A stretch of 64,000 nucleotides of DNA. Origin: Lingula anatina (taxonomy: Eukaryota > Animalia > Brachiopoda). The stretch is taken from positions 14,482,644-14,546,643 of the forward strand of contig CM120643.1 of assembly GCA_051362555.1 (NCBI GenBank), read 5' to 3'. A program made the translations under genes and the position numbers. Below the pieces are notes generated by a model. The model had not been told where the DNA came from. It made no database searches and was given only the letters and a program-made list of their open reading frames with translations. Every line of letters begins with the position of its first letter. The first letter of the stretch is position 1. This document shows positions 50,844-63,065 of this stretch, piece by piece.

Positions 50844-51706
50844 CTGTTTGCGAATAATCAGGCTCCTAAGCAAACTTGTCGTTTCTATCTTTTCTTCATA
50901 TTATTAATTTTTTTTCACTTGAATAATTATCTCACTTAGCCTGCTGTGGGTGTTTTCGGTCTTGTATGTTGCGCGTAGTTTTTTTTGTTGTTTTATTTTC
51001 TTGAAAAGTACTATTTTTGAAGTTGTCTTTGACATTACAAAAGTGGACTGTTGTACTTGCCCGTGTATTAGGACAACATTCAAGTAGGTCTACCGGGCCG
51101 AGTAATCATTTTGGTACCTTCGTATTTTCAGCTGCGTTGTATCTGTGACGCTATAAAAAAAGATTATATGAATGTGGGGTATTTTGAAGTACTCTGTCTG
51201 TTTGTTATTCCATATTTCGGACACGTAAGCATAATCCCCCATGCCAATTATATTTTAATGCCGAGTCAGTCTCCACCCGCAAACAAGTGCAAGGCACAGG
51301 TTAGTACATAATTTAGAGGAATCATGTTATGGCCAGGCGTAAGATGTTACCAGTAAAATATGACAGTGACTCAAAATTACTGCCATATTTTTTTACTTTG
51401 AGGACCCGGTGCCTGCGCACCTTATGAATGGTTATCATTTTCATGGTTGCTTTAATTGATTAAAGAGACTGAACAGAGAGAATCAAATTGATTCAGTCTC
51501 TTGATAGTGACGATGGCGACTAGACGGACCAGCCCTAAAGAATTACACGGTCGACTTTTACATAGTTTTACATAGTTAACATAGTTTTCTAGAGTAGATG
51601 AAGAGAGACCTCATTGTTCATTGTACAACGGTGAGAGTCAGTGAAGAACGGACTAGATCTCACTTCAAATGACTGTAGGCCAAAAGAAATACAATTGCGC
51701 CTCTCA

Positions 51707-51872
51707 AAGGGGCGGATCCAGAGATATATTCTGACAGTCTTCCAAATTATCTTTATTGATCTATCCTCCATTTTTGACCGTCTTCCAACAGAAAAAAATT
51801 AGATACCCGTCAATGTAAACTTGAAAATCTGACCGTCTTCCAGGAGACCCAGAAGACGGCCTAAATCCGCCC
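51707..51872 (+). mobile_element. MITE family 1, copy 4
   Basis: AGGGGCGGATCCAGAGATA ... CCTAAATCCGCCC with the shared interior. Confidence 0.85.
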
Positions 51873-51874
51873 AA

Positions 51875-51963
51875 TAGAGTTAATGCGCAGTAGCTATTGC
51901 GTCCTAACTTTTTCTGAACTTCAGAAAAAGTTAGGACGCAATAGCTACTGCGCATTAACTCTA
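51875..51963. repeat. Perfect 89-bp palindrome (44-bp arms, 1-nt spacer)
   Basis: TAGAGTTAATGCGCAGTAGCTATTGCGTCCTAACTTTTTCTGAA, then C, then its exact reverse complement. Confidence 0.95.
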
Positions 51964-54900
51964 CGGGGACTCTCGCTGAATTCAATCAGATAAAGGTCTA
52001 ACTCGCCTCCTGTTTCCAATATACTCGTGCAATCACCAGCTTCTCTGTATTCAACTCAATAGTCAGTCTGTAGAACTATAAAGTAAGCACAAATTCGATC
52101 AATGTAATAAAAAAATTAACATCATCTTTCCCTTTTTCTCTATAACATATTGTGCAAAGTGTGCCTTCTATCTCTTTATAAACAAATTAACAAATAATGA
52201 GAACGATAGCACCTGAAACGATGGATTAAACTATTCAAGAAAACATAGAATAGATAAAAGTAGTACAGTAGGCGCATCTGTTAATAGAATTCCACAGCTG
52301 TCTAATGTCGATGCATGTTTCTTTTGTTATACACTGTACAGTTAGTTTAACTATGTTAAAAATATAAGTATGGCAAGCACACTCGACGGTCATGTTTGAC
52401 TTTCCCAGGTGAAATTATATTCGGTGCATAACATAAAGATGATGATTAAGGAGTACTTTAAGATATGCTTTTTATGTTACCAAGAGAAATGTTGTTTTCT
52501 TTTTTTGCGCAGTTTCACTATTATTAATAAAATATTTCATATTTATCTTAAAACTGTCACTCGTGACACCGGAATATGCGGCAGAAAAAATGTTGAAATG
52601 CTCTTCACAATTGCTGAATAACTATGTAACCCTTCAAGAGATATTGTGAGGGAAAAAACGTAAATCCATTCGTTCTCGTAATTTCGAACGCAATGCTAAG
52701 ATTTCGTAACAGCACCGAGTTTTTAATTCTAAATTTCTCTTCCACCGCTCTTCCACCGCTCTGCAGTACCTTTTCTTCCTCCTCTAATCTGTACTTTTCT
52801 TTCTCTCTCTCTTTCTGAGCTCGCGCGGGTGGGGTGTGCGTGCATGCGTGTGCGTGCAAGCGTGCGTGCGCCTGCTTTTTGTGTTTATTGCGTATGTATG
52901 CATGAGCATTTGTATGTGAGTACGAAGTGTTTTACATACGTTCTCTGCACCTGCATACCTTCTGGTGCCTGAGACATCCATCAACCTACCAAAACCCGTA
53001 ATTACTAAACTATTACCCTCGTGTCTTGACTATGACCTGTGCTGATGCCCCACTAGCAAATTACACTTGTCACACAAACTCTGTACAACAGTGTCCGTAT
53101 TGGCGAGTAGGAGAATTACGAACGTTTAGGGGAGGTGAATGGACAATTTGCTAGATCATGGACTAGCAGCGGAAAAGGTCAGATTGTGACTTGGCCCGCC
53201 GTCCCACTTGAAGAGATAGCGTTTGACGTTCCTGTTGGCTCTTTCCGAGGCCGTCGCTCCGCGGGTCACAGGTGAGACGATTGTTTTGCGGGTCTTCTAA
53301 TTATATTTCTATAAAGGTGTAATTTGAAAGAAAATACATTTTGAAAAGAAAAAGGGATAGATAGTTGAAATTTGTGGCGTTTCTGAAGCAAATGAGTTCA
53401 CCACCATATTCTGTCAACGTTGCAGATGTTTATTTGAAAGATGAAAGAACTTACGTTTTTAATCTGGAGATTCCTTGCTGTGTGAATGTGTGGGTTTTTT
53501 TAAAAATTATTATTCTCCTTAACGAGCATTAACTTCTAGAGTAAGATGTGATCAGTTACAGTTCAGCTTTCACCACTTGACTTTATATTGTTAAAACAAA
53601 ACCATGTACAATATGGTTAATTGACTTTTGAGGAAAAAAAGCGGTACAACCTATACTAGTACGTTATTGGTATATTTTCAACAATCAACACATGAGCCAC
53701 GTTTAAAAAATAGAACAGCAGTCGATGTGCCAGACGGTCCTGCCTCCCCGCCACAAAAGGCGTATTCGTCTGCATTTAAGTTTGTGAAAAATCGCAGTTT
53801 CCATCTACGAACAGATAATGCTTTAATGACATGCATTTTACTTTTAATAAAGACGTTGGAAAAATTACTATTTACTCCTCACAGCGTTGATACGAGCAAA
53901 ACTTCCTTTCTATACTTAACTTCGCGAAAATTTCCGTGGAATTATTTATTTATTATAATACCGATTAATTTTTTTCATTGGTGTATCATAACATGTTTGA
54001 GACATTAATAAGGACGTTTTTAAATCTCGCCGCCTTAAACATACACTTTAACTTTTCTACGCAACACTGTGTTACTGATTTAAACCAGGGTCACAGCTAA
54101 CCTATATATACACACTGTATATTAGTAATACATGTTTGTCTCTAGATTATTTGCAGTTAGAGAGAGAAAACAGGAAACTCTTTCTGTCACCACATCTTCG
54201 TAGATGTATGAACAGGATCTGAAACTTGAGTTACGTGTTGTCTAGTGGACGCCATTTTGTTACATCACTCTGTTTAAAATGGATTTCTATCATAAAATAT
54301 TTCCAGTTATGTTAAGCTGAATATTGCGGGTGACGTTCTCTATCTTTTATGAAGCGCATTTTAACGCGTACTTATTACAAACAACTAATACCTTTGTTTG
54401 AAAATTTGTACAAAATTATGCAAAGATCACTCAAGTAAAATGGTCATTTCTAATGTCTTTCCCATTTCAGTACTTTGGTCAACGTTAGTTTCATATATAG
54501 GCCTACATGTAGTGTCTTTGTGCAGGGTCCATCATCGGTAACAATTTTGCTTTCAACATTTATCAACCCATCTCGGAAGTTCCATTGTTCATTTTTGTCT
54601 GTAACTAATATTCTAATGGAAGTCATTTATAGAGAATTTTAGCGCGTATTTATTACACTCAACTAATACTTTTGTGCGATGGACATTTGTTTCACGACCC
54701 TTGGAGATAGCATCTGTCCATACATTATTTGCCAAAAACAATAACATCTGTCTTTACCACTTGGTCCTTCTTCAGCTCACAATATTTAGTATTCATCTTT
54801 TTTCCGACGCAACACCTCCTTGCCTACGATAAGGCGGTTAAATGACACTTCTTCGTGCTTCATTCACAACACGCTTATTGTTTAATGACCTTCGGGTGCA

Positions 54901-57503
54901 TGGGGACGGGCATGTTAGATGTCTTCTACCTTTAATTGGTGCACTCACGGCTCTACGAACCACGCTAACAACTTTAACCAGCACTGTCGCATTTTTCTCT
55001 TTTGCGCTTTAGCTTGTGTATTCTTATCTTTAAGGTTCCATGCGGTGCTTTTCTCTTTAATTATCAGTTGTTACCGAGTAATTTTACCGGTTGGGGAGAG
55101 CAGACGACAAAGTTCGGATAAAATCCATACCATGCCCACCATTTTCGCGCCCAAGAAAGTATGGAAACGTTTCGGACATTTTGATGTATTACTGGATTTC
55201 TTATTTCTTACTAAGTGAAACGTTCAGTGGATTTTCCCTTTATCTTATTAAAAGCTTGAACACAATATTCAAGTTTCTTCTTCGGTTTTTTTCATTGCAG
55301 CTTCAAAATTTAACTAATCGATTGGTTAGAAGTTTCATATATTTTTAAAATTTCGGTTTGAATCATATTACTGTATTACAGTTGGAATAGGTCCTTTAAC
55401 ATCGTGATTAAGATCTTCTCCCTAGATAGCCTCCCCAGTGATAGGGTCATTTTTACCCGATGATTTGAATTTTACGGCCATTTATATGTCATTCTTTGGG
55501 CGGGTGGCAATAACTCTCCCCACAGTTTTCAAAGTATTGCAGGAAACCCTATTAAGTCTTTTTAAAATCGTCTCTTTATTATTTTTGTCTCATTTTAAAA
55601 TACATGTATCTACCTAAACGACATTAAGCAGGAAAATCTCTTTTTGATCTGCTCACATTTCGGAATGCTAGTGTTTCACGCAGAGTAGATAATCGTAGGG
55701 ATTTGTCAGTATCTTCTTCCTTTCATGTACTGTATATTCTGACACGTTTAGATGTTTGATTCTACCCTTGTTATTCTGCTGCCTTATTGAGGTATGTATC
55801 ATCAGTATCTTGTTTACTTCACCGCGTTTGCTGATTTAACTTTACTAGTAACAGGTTCAGTTTAGCAAAAGCGAGTCAGTTGAGTTGAAATTACTGAAAG
55901 TTTTGCTTACATTTCTCACTCTCGTTGTCTTTTTTATTCATGACTTGCCATTTTTAAAGACATTCGTATGTCTCCGTAGTTAGTATCACCCTATATGAAA
56001 TAGTTTCCTGGACTGACGTTGTTTTGAATCCAAATATTCCAAATGCCTGTCAAGAAAACTTGATCGCATGTTTAGTTGCACCTTTTTAATGAAAATGACT
56101 TCCGTCTGTTCAGATATTCCATTCTTACGCAAACTGAAAATGCGGAGTAGTAGGCTTACATGCGAAATCCCATTCTACCTAAATAAGTAGAAAAATATGT
56201 GGTTTTAAAACATTAAATCATGTTGTGCTTTGGGCTTGGTAGTTAATAGGAGAATCGGTGGTAAGTAAAAAAAAAATGGTTGGACACAGTTTATTTTTAA
56301 GCTTTAAGAACATTTTCTCTGCAAAAAAAAAAAAACAATGTAAAAAAACAATGGCACTGCCCATTTCATGTACTGTAATGCTAATACCATTAATAGAAAT
56401 ATTTGAAGAAGAGGAAGATGCTTTTTGTTGAACTGTTTGCATTGGTTTGAAGTAATATGTTGCATGCCATGGGGGGGGGGGGGGGGGGCGAGTAACAGGC
56501 ACAGGTCTGTGTTTTTGAAAAGATTCATGTATTGGGGCATGTAAAATTGGTCCTAATATGTATGAAGTTAGTTGCAGTGTTGCTTTCATAGTCACTTTTG
56601 TTATATAAATTGGCAGTTTGAGAGATAATACGTGCTAGATGGGGTCAAAAATTGATACATTGTCTGTGTGTCCACCACATAATCGACTTGTCTGTTCATT
56701 TAACAATGTAGAAAACAATTTTGGTCTCATCAAACCTCATTCCAGCTCGAATTACCACGAGTTTAAACTCTGGCAGGTCCAATCCAACTCTGTCAATCAT
56801 CGTACCGCCCGGCCATTACACTTGCTAGGCCGAGACTTGCGGAGAATATTATGAATAAACATTGGCAGGGGAAATGTCGTAAAGTAGATTTCAGCTTTAA
56901 ATTTAGAATAGAAGTTTGGTGAACAGACTAACTGTTGTATCTTCTTTGCCATGAAGCATTAAAAGGTCTGGTATTTACTTAATATATTTATATATAGAAT
57001 AAGGGTACATGTATGTTTTTAAGGACAGTTTGCGGTTTAAGGTTAGTCAGCTATATGCTCTTTTAAAACAATAGATGTCCCCAGATTTGGACACTGTCAC
57101 TATATGCGTGTGCTAAACTGCAAACTATTCCGAGATCATATCTTGCAAGAAAATAAATACATTTTTGCACTCTCACTTAAATCATAAACTATCATATTTA
57201 AGGATATCTCTTCGCTTTCAAGAAGCAAAGTATACACGCACAACTCACGTGTCCGTTTGTGCTTTTAGAAAAAGCTGGTTGATCAGTCACTAGATAAACT
57301 ATAGAGATTTTATGGACTAAAACATTGATCGAAAGGATTAGATAAACTTACAAAGATCACTTTGTGTTTTATTTTCTTGATCGTTAACATCATTTCTTTA
57401 GCAGCATGGTTTTGATTTAAGATTGAGACTAAAATGACGATTTCTTTGAATTCCTTGTCTCTTGTACCATGTCCTTACTATGACAGAGAAGTTTCAGACT
57501 GAG

Positions 57504-57718
57504 TTCCCACAGATTTAGATCGATCCATCCGGATCGACCTTACTCCCTGGGGGTTCACGCTAAATTGCTGTCAGCTTCCGGGAGACTAGCGCGCACAAAA
57601 GTTAATTACCCCCTTACAGCTTTTAGTAGGCGGGACAGACATTTAAGCCGGCTAAGCTGACAGCAATCTAGTGAGACTCCCCAGGGGGATAGATCGATCT
57701 AAATATCTGTGGGAATGG
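57504..57718. mobile_element. MITE family 3, copy 2
   Basis: TTCCCACAGATTTAGATCGATC ... GATCGATCTAAATATCTGTGGGAA. Inverted homolog of 31592-31806. Confidence 0.8.
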
Positions 57719-58189
57719 TCTCTTAGTAGCAGTCCGATGAATGCACACATGTTTTTACTCGTGATATTAGTACATGGTCATGTTTTACCATAATAATGAC
57801 ATGGCCCTTTCTGTACAGTTGAATAATTTTGGTCATGTTTTTGTGAAAGAAGAAATACAAAAGGAAAAAGACAAAAACTGTTTTTATTATTCATCACTTG
57901 CATTGTATTGTTACTCAGGAAAATGGAAATGACGTAATAGAAACAGCACGAGATGCGTATTTAAATGTGTATGTTTAATACAGACACACAAAACTGTTTG
58001 AAAACATTTTATTCTTTTTTCAAGTAAGAATTTTTACCATATTTAAAGTGTCTCTTCTACGACGTAATTTTTGAAAGAAAAAATTAATAAAAAAAACGCA
58101 ACAGCGCCAAGTTAGAAACCTGGATATCCATTGGACATATCATATTTTCTAAATATATTGTCTATTTTCAGTTTAACATTGTCTCCAGC

Positions 58190-59807
58190 ATGGCGAAGAG
58201 GATGTGCCTCTTGGTCGTAGGTGTGCTGCTATTGGCTGGATCCAGTCACGAGTCAGGTTTTCAGGGGAACAAGATCGTCGCCTCCCTCGATATTGTACCG
58301 AGAGAGACGATTCCAGTCGTGCCATCATATTCTATTCAACTGGATGGACCTGTTACAGTGAATGCATTATCTTCTGCCTCCTATTACCAGTCTTTATCGG
58401 ATCCAAAGAGACTCCCTAGAACCAGGTAGGCTACATACATGTACAAAACTTTCTTCATCCAAAGGCGGACACACGGGCACAAGGTGCAAAAGTAACTTAC
58501 TTCAGACCCACTTCAATACTTGGAAATGCAGAATTGCCGAGCAAACCAAATTACATATTCACAACCTTGTGCTCTTCCCTACCCTTTTACACCCTAGCTT
58601 GTTTTTATTTTTTGTTTGTCAAAGTCACCTTCAAATGTGCAATACATAAATCACAGATATACTAGCAGATGCGTTTTGGTAGAATACGACTAAAATGAAA
58701 GAGACACATAATGAAGTCTACTATAGTTTATTAGTTCTTTCTTGTCTTGCTGCATCAGTCCATTATTTCAACCCGTTTCTTCTCTTCAGATGTGACCGCG
58801 TCAATGAGTACGACACCAAGTCTCAGGCCTGTTGTGGACAATCCACCACCCTTCCCAACGGCGTCAGGTGTTGTCAAGGCAACGTATACAACAAGGCGGC
58901 CCAGTTCTGCTATCGAGGCGTGGTCCACTACTACTTGGACTTCAATCCGATTCAACAACCACGTCCCAAATGTGGCCAGTATTACTATCACTACCAAGAT
59001 CAGGCCTGTTGCGCCGGCAAGATCTATATCCCAGCCAGCCAGGGGTGTTGCAACAACGTGGTCTTTACCTACGCGACACAGATGTGCGTCGGCGGACAAG
59101 TGCGAGAACATAATTCCTACGCCCCATGTCCAGGATTCCACACCGATCACCCGTCGCAATACGGTTGCTGCAATGGCGTCTCGTACTTGTACAGCACGAA
59201 GGGATGTTGCCAAGGCAATGTGTACGACCTTGACGTGAGCAAGTGCACCAAGGACACGCTGACTGTTCATAGGGACGGAAAAAAGCGCTGTGGCGGGCAG
59301 GTTTACATCCAGCACAACCTCAGCTGCTGCCGAGGACTGCTCTACGATCACAACAAACAGACTTGCTGCGAGGGGCGCGTCCTCAATGCGACCACCATGT
59401 ACTGCCAAGAAGGCCGCGGGCTCAGATATGACAAAATGGTGCTCTGTGGCGCGATGCAGTACGACCCCACGCGCTTCGGCTGTTGTCATGGTGATCCCTT
59501 TGATCCTCGTCACCAGGGCTGCTGCGCCTATACTGTGTTTTGGAAGAACCAGTACACGTGTACCAATGGTTACCTGTACCCCGTGGCCGCTGATCCGGTC
59601 GGATCCGGAAACCAGATGCCATATTGCGATGACGAAGCGTTTGATCCTTCCAAGGGCAAGAGATGCTGTGGCAAGCTGACGTATAAAACCGGGTTTGAGA
59701 GCTGCTGTGGCCAGAACCCCTACTTCAGAGCACGACAGGTCTGCTGTGAGAGCGATAACGGCCAGTATTTCAGAAGATCCAGAATGGTCGGTTGCAGAAG
59801 TTTTTAA
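58190..59807 (+). CDS. Cluster gene E: secreted galaxin-like protein with six di-Cys modules (~417 aa)
   Basis: join(58190-58425,58790-59807) = 1254 nt. Donor AG|GTAGG, acceptor TTCTCTTCAG|A TGT, phase 2. Signal peptide MAKRMCLLVVGVLLLAGSS. Tandem C-x11-CC-x11-CC-x11-C units with the CC-x4-Y pattern typical of galaxin-like repeats. An acceptor at 58171 suggests an upstream 5'UTR exon. Confidence 0.9.
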
Positions 59808-59996
59808 CTTTTAAACTACCCGCTAATGCAGTTTTTTCTTTTGGGGAAAAATTGTTACTTTCAGGCCACTCTTAAAGTGCTTTGGAAAACGTGAACGGCG
59901 GGTACACTTAACAGATATTAAGAAAAAAATTGGACACCATGAATATTTTCGTTTCTCGTACTTTTAGCCTAAAAATTAAGTGTTAATAGTGACTCA

Positions 59997-60056
59997 TCGT
60001 AACGTCACCTCAATTTATTTTTTGAGCACGTCGTAACGTCACCTCAATTTATTTTT
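59997..60056. repeat. Short tandem duplication (34-bp period) downstream of gene E
   Basis: tcgtaacgtcacctcaatttattttt occurs twice. Confidence 0.75.
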
Positions 60057-60655
60057 GGTCTGAACTTAAAGCACCCCGCTTGTGTCCTGTTATGATCACT
60101 TTTGGTTCTTTTTTAAGGTCACTCGCACATAAGGATACAAAGTAAGTCACTTTGTAGATGCCATCCTCTTCACATGAAAATATTTTAAAGATGATTGCAA
60201 GTAAATGTACACAAAATTTTGATTGACGTTTACACTATAACTATTATTTATCTACCTTCAATCTTTTTGTCGCTCTTCTCAAAAATTAACCTGAATCAAA
60301 GTACCTACTCTAGTGAAGACACATATAAAATAAAGTAGCTTAAAATATCAGCATTTTAAGTTGTAGTCAAATACACGTTCACTAATTTTTATAGTGAACA
60401 CAATACTGAAAATTATCATATACGTTTACTCTATCTGACCACCACCGTCCTATTCAATAATTTTCTAAAAAAAAAACTAAATCTATTGTTTCTTTGTATC
60501 TAATTTCTTCCTCATTTGCTTCCATCTCTGCTGACTATTTTAGTTTATGTAAAAGAAAACAAATGTAATAAAGACCATAGTAGCAGGCCACAGTGCTGTA
60601 TACCCCCTAGAACGGAATAACCTGCAATAGGGTCAAGTGAACCTAGACTAGATTA

Positions 60656-61017
60656 TGCTGGGTGGCTAAAAACGATACTAATATCTAAGTTCAATAAATT
60701 CAACAGTTTTCAAGCTATTGCTATGGAATTTAAGAGATGTTAGGAGAGCCTTGGATAAATGCTGAAAATTTCATGACTCTACCTCTCTTAGTTTTGGCAC
60801 ACCGAAAAAATTAAAGTAAAAAAAATGTCAACCCGGCCTATGTCACTCCTGACAGTTGATTTCAGGATCGAAACTGCTTCACTCTCAGACTTGAAGTTTT
60901 CACGGTTGAACAATAATAATGTATCAAAAATCTGTGCAAAAATTTCAATTCCAAAGCTTGTGAACTGTTGAAGTTATTGAACTTTGAGATTAGTAACGTT
61001 TTTTTAGCTACCCGATA
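60656..61017. mobile_element. Tc1/mariner-like MITE with ~60-70-bp imperfect TIRs
   Basis: GGGTGGCTAAAAACGATACTAATATCTAAGTTCAATAAATTCAACAGTT ... AACTGTTGAAGTTATTGAACTTTGAGATTAGTAACGTTTTTTTAGCTACCCG. Confidence 0.7.
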
Positions 61018-62872
61018 CACAGCCCCTGCCCCTCTGATATACGTCAATTTATGATATCTCGTTTGAGACTGACTATAACGTCATATGGGTAGCGGTGTTA
61101 TCTGGCGTGGAGGGGTATAGTTTGTGGTAGGACGGTTTATCACCCGGGGTATTCTCTGGCTTGGCCCGAACTGGATTTAAACCCAGCACGGGCTCATTTG
61201 GCCTGCTACACTGGTATTTAGAGGAAGGGGAGAGAGAGAGAAGTGTGGTGTGGTATGACTAGGGATATGTCGGAACCACAAAGTGCCATACTTGAAAATA
61301 AGTTCTGTAGTAGAATTATGCTTTGCATAATGATTATTTGTTAGCTGTTGAAGAAGATTGGCAAAAGCCTGAGAGAGCAAGTGTGAACAGGGAAATTTAC
61401 ATCACTCGGTTAAAACTTAAAGAGGTCAAGCCACACGGCTAATTTTTTTTTATCTACCTGTGAAATTTGATGCTTGAGGAATATGTCTTGGCAGTAATTC
61501 ACTTATAACACGCGAATGTGTGTGCCAAATAGCTCAACTGACTCCATTTTTAATCTGCGCGTGAAATTGCTAATCAGTTAATACATATCCTATTATATTA
61601 ACTTCTGAGTAGTTGGACTTCAAAATGTCCTATATTTTGCAGAATCGGTTTCAGCTTCATTTTGTACCATCTAAATGGCAGTTTTTTCCACATTTGTTTT
61701 GTAAAGAGAGTTTTGGGCTGACATAAACATGAACACCTATTCATTACCTCATAGAAAAGGCAGTCGAGTTGTCAGGGGACTGAAACACAGGATGGAGAAG
61801 GTCTTTTTATTCCCAATTTATATTATCATATTTATTATATACAAGCTATGCGTCAGCGTAGTTATATGCATATTGTACTTAAAGCAAAATAATGCGTGGT
61901 AACGTGATGGTGAGGGGGAAAGATATTCTGTATGAATTTTGGTCATGAAATAAAAACTGGGTAAAACAAAGGCGCCTTTTGAATTGCTTTCTTTTGCACG
62001 TGTTATACATGCACTTCTTAATGCAGATGACATGAGTGTGTGGTCTAGAAATACGCGGAAACTTATTGACTGATTTGAGAATACTTCTGATCAGAGCTTT
62101 AGTGCTAAAACTCTATCGTTTACTCCGATCTTCAAGTCTCATATCCTGTTTCATTCCTACGAAGTGTACGATTACGAGTGATCTGTTTTGGTTCGAATCA
62201 AATCATTGGCATTCGTAAATGAACAAGAGCACGCGGGTCTCTCTTAACTCTCCTAAGTAAACGCGGCAAAAGACGTTCGCACACTCAAGCGCGCGCACAC
62301 ACACACACACACACTCACATAAACAGGAGCTTAGACTAGTTGTATTTATGATAATATGTTTATTTGATGTTAATCTCTAATAAACATGCCCTTTGCTAGA
62401 GTAGCTATAGATTTTAGTAGTTTTCAGTTTTAAGTGACGCTTACGTTTCAAATTTCTCTTGCTCGAAGAGGGTGGAAGTTTTGCTAAATTTACATTACAT
62501 AAATATGAGAGGGTCGCTTTCAGTTGCAGCATGTTCAGGTACTTAATAATAATAATAATAATAATAATAATGCTTATTTGAAGCTGAAATAGTTGGATTA
62601 TACAATAATATAAATCGTTAAATTCATGAAATAAGAATAAGATAAATAATTGAATTGTAAATGAGAAGTGCTAACATGAAAGAAAGCATTTGGTACTCCG
62701 AGGATATTTAAAAAATACGTTAAGATTAAGATTCATTTAAAAACACATTAAAAGTAAGGTAAAGGAAAAGTGCGGCGACGGAATGGCATCTTACAACAGA
62801 CGAAGGTCTGATGGGTGTGGTCTACCGCTGAAATTCACAGTAAATTGGTGGTCGGGTGTTGGTTCTGCCACG

Positions 62873-63065
62873 ACCCCAGCAACCTGGGAGGAAGACTAAC
62901 ATGGAGATATTTTCTTAATACCAATCACTGCCTCTCCCCGAGGGTCAAGTTAAACTGGAAATGTGACTTAAACGCATCACCAGTTTAACTTGACCCTCGG
63001 TGAAAGGCACTGATTGGTATTAAGAAAAGATCTCCATATTGATCTCCCGCCCAGGTTGCTGGGGT
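62873..63065. repeat. ~190-bp imperfect palindrome (fold-back element)
   Basis: ACCCCAGCAACCTGGG...TTTTCTTAATACCAATCA...CCGAGGGTCAAGTTAAACTGG pairs with CCAGTTTAACTTGACCCTCGG...TGATTGGTATTAAGAAAA...CCCAGGTTGCTGGGGT. Confidence 0.85.

Noticed and set aside
58695-58789. Apparent hydrophobic leader of the 370-aa ORF (MKETHNEVYYSLLVLSC...)
   Set aside because: This is the intron's pyrimidine-rich 3' end. The upstream exon 58190-58425 supplies a better signal peptide and splices in phase like the paralogs.
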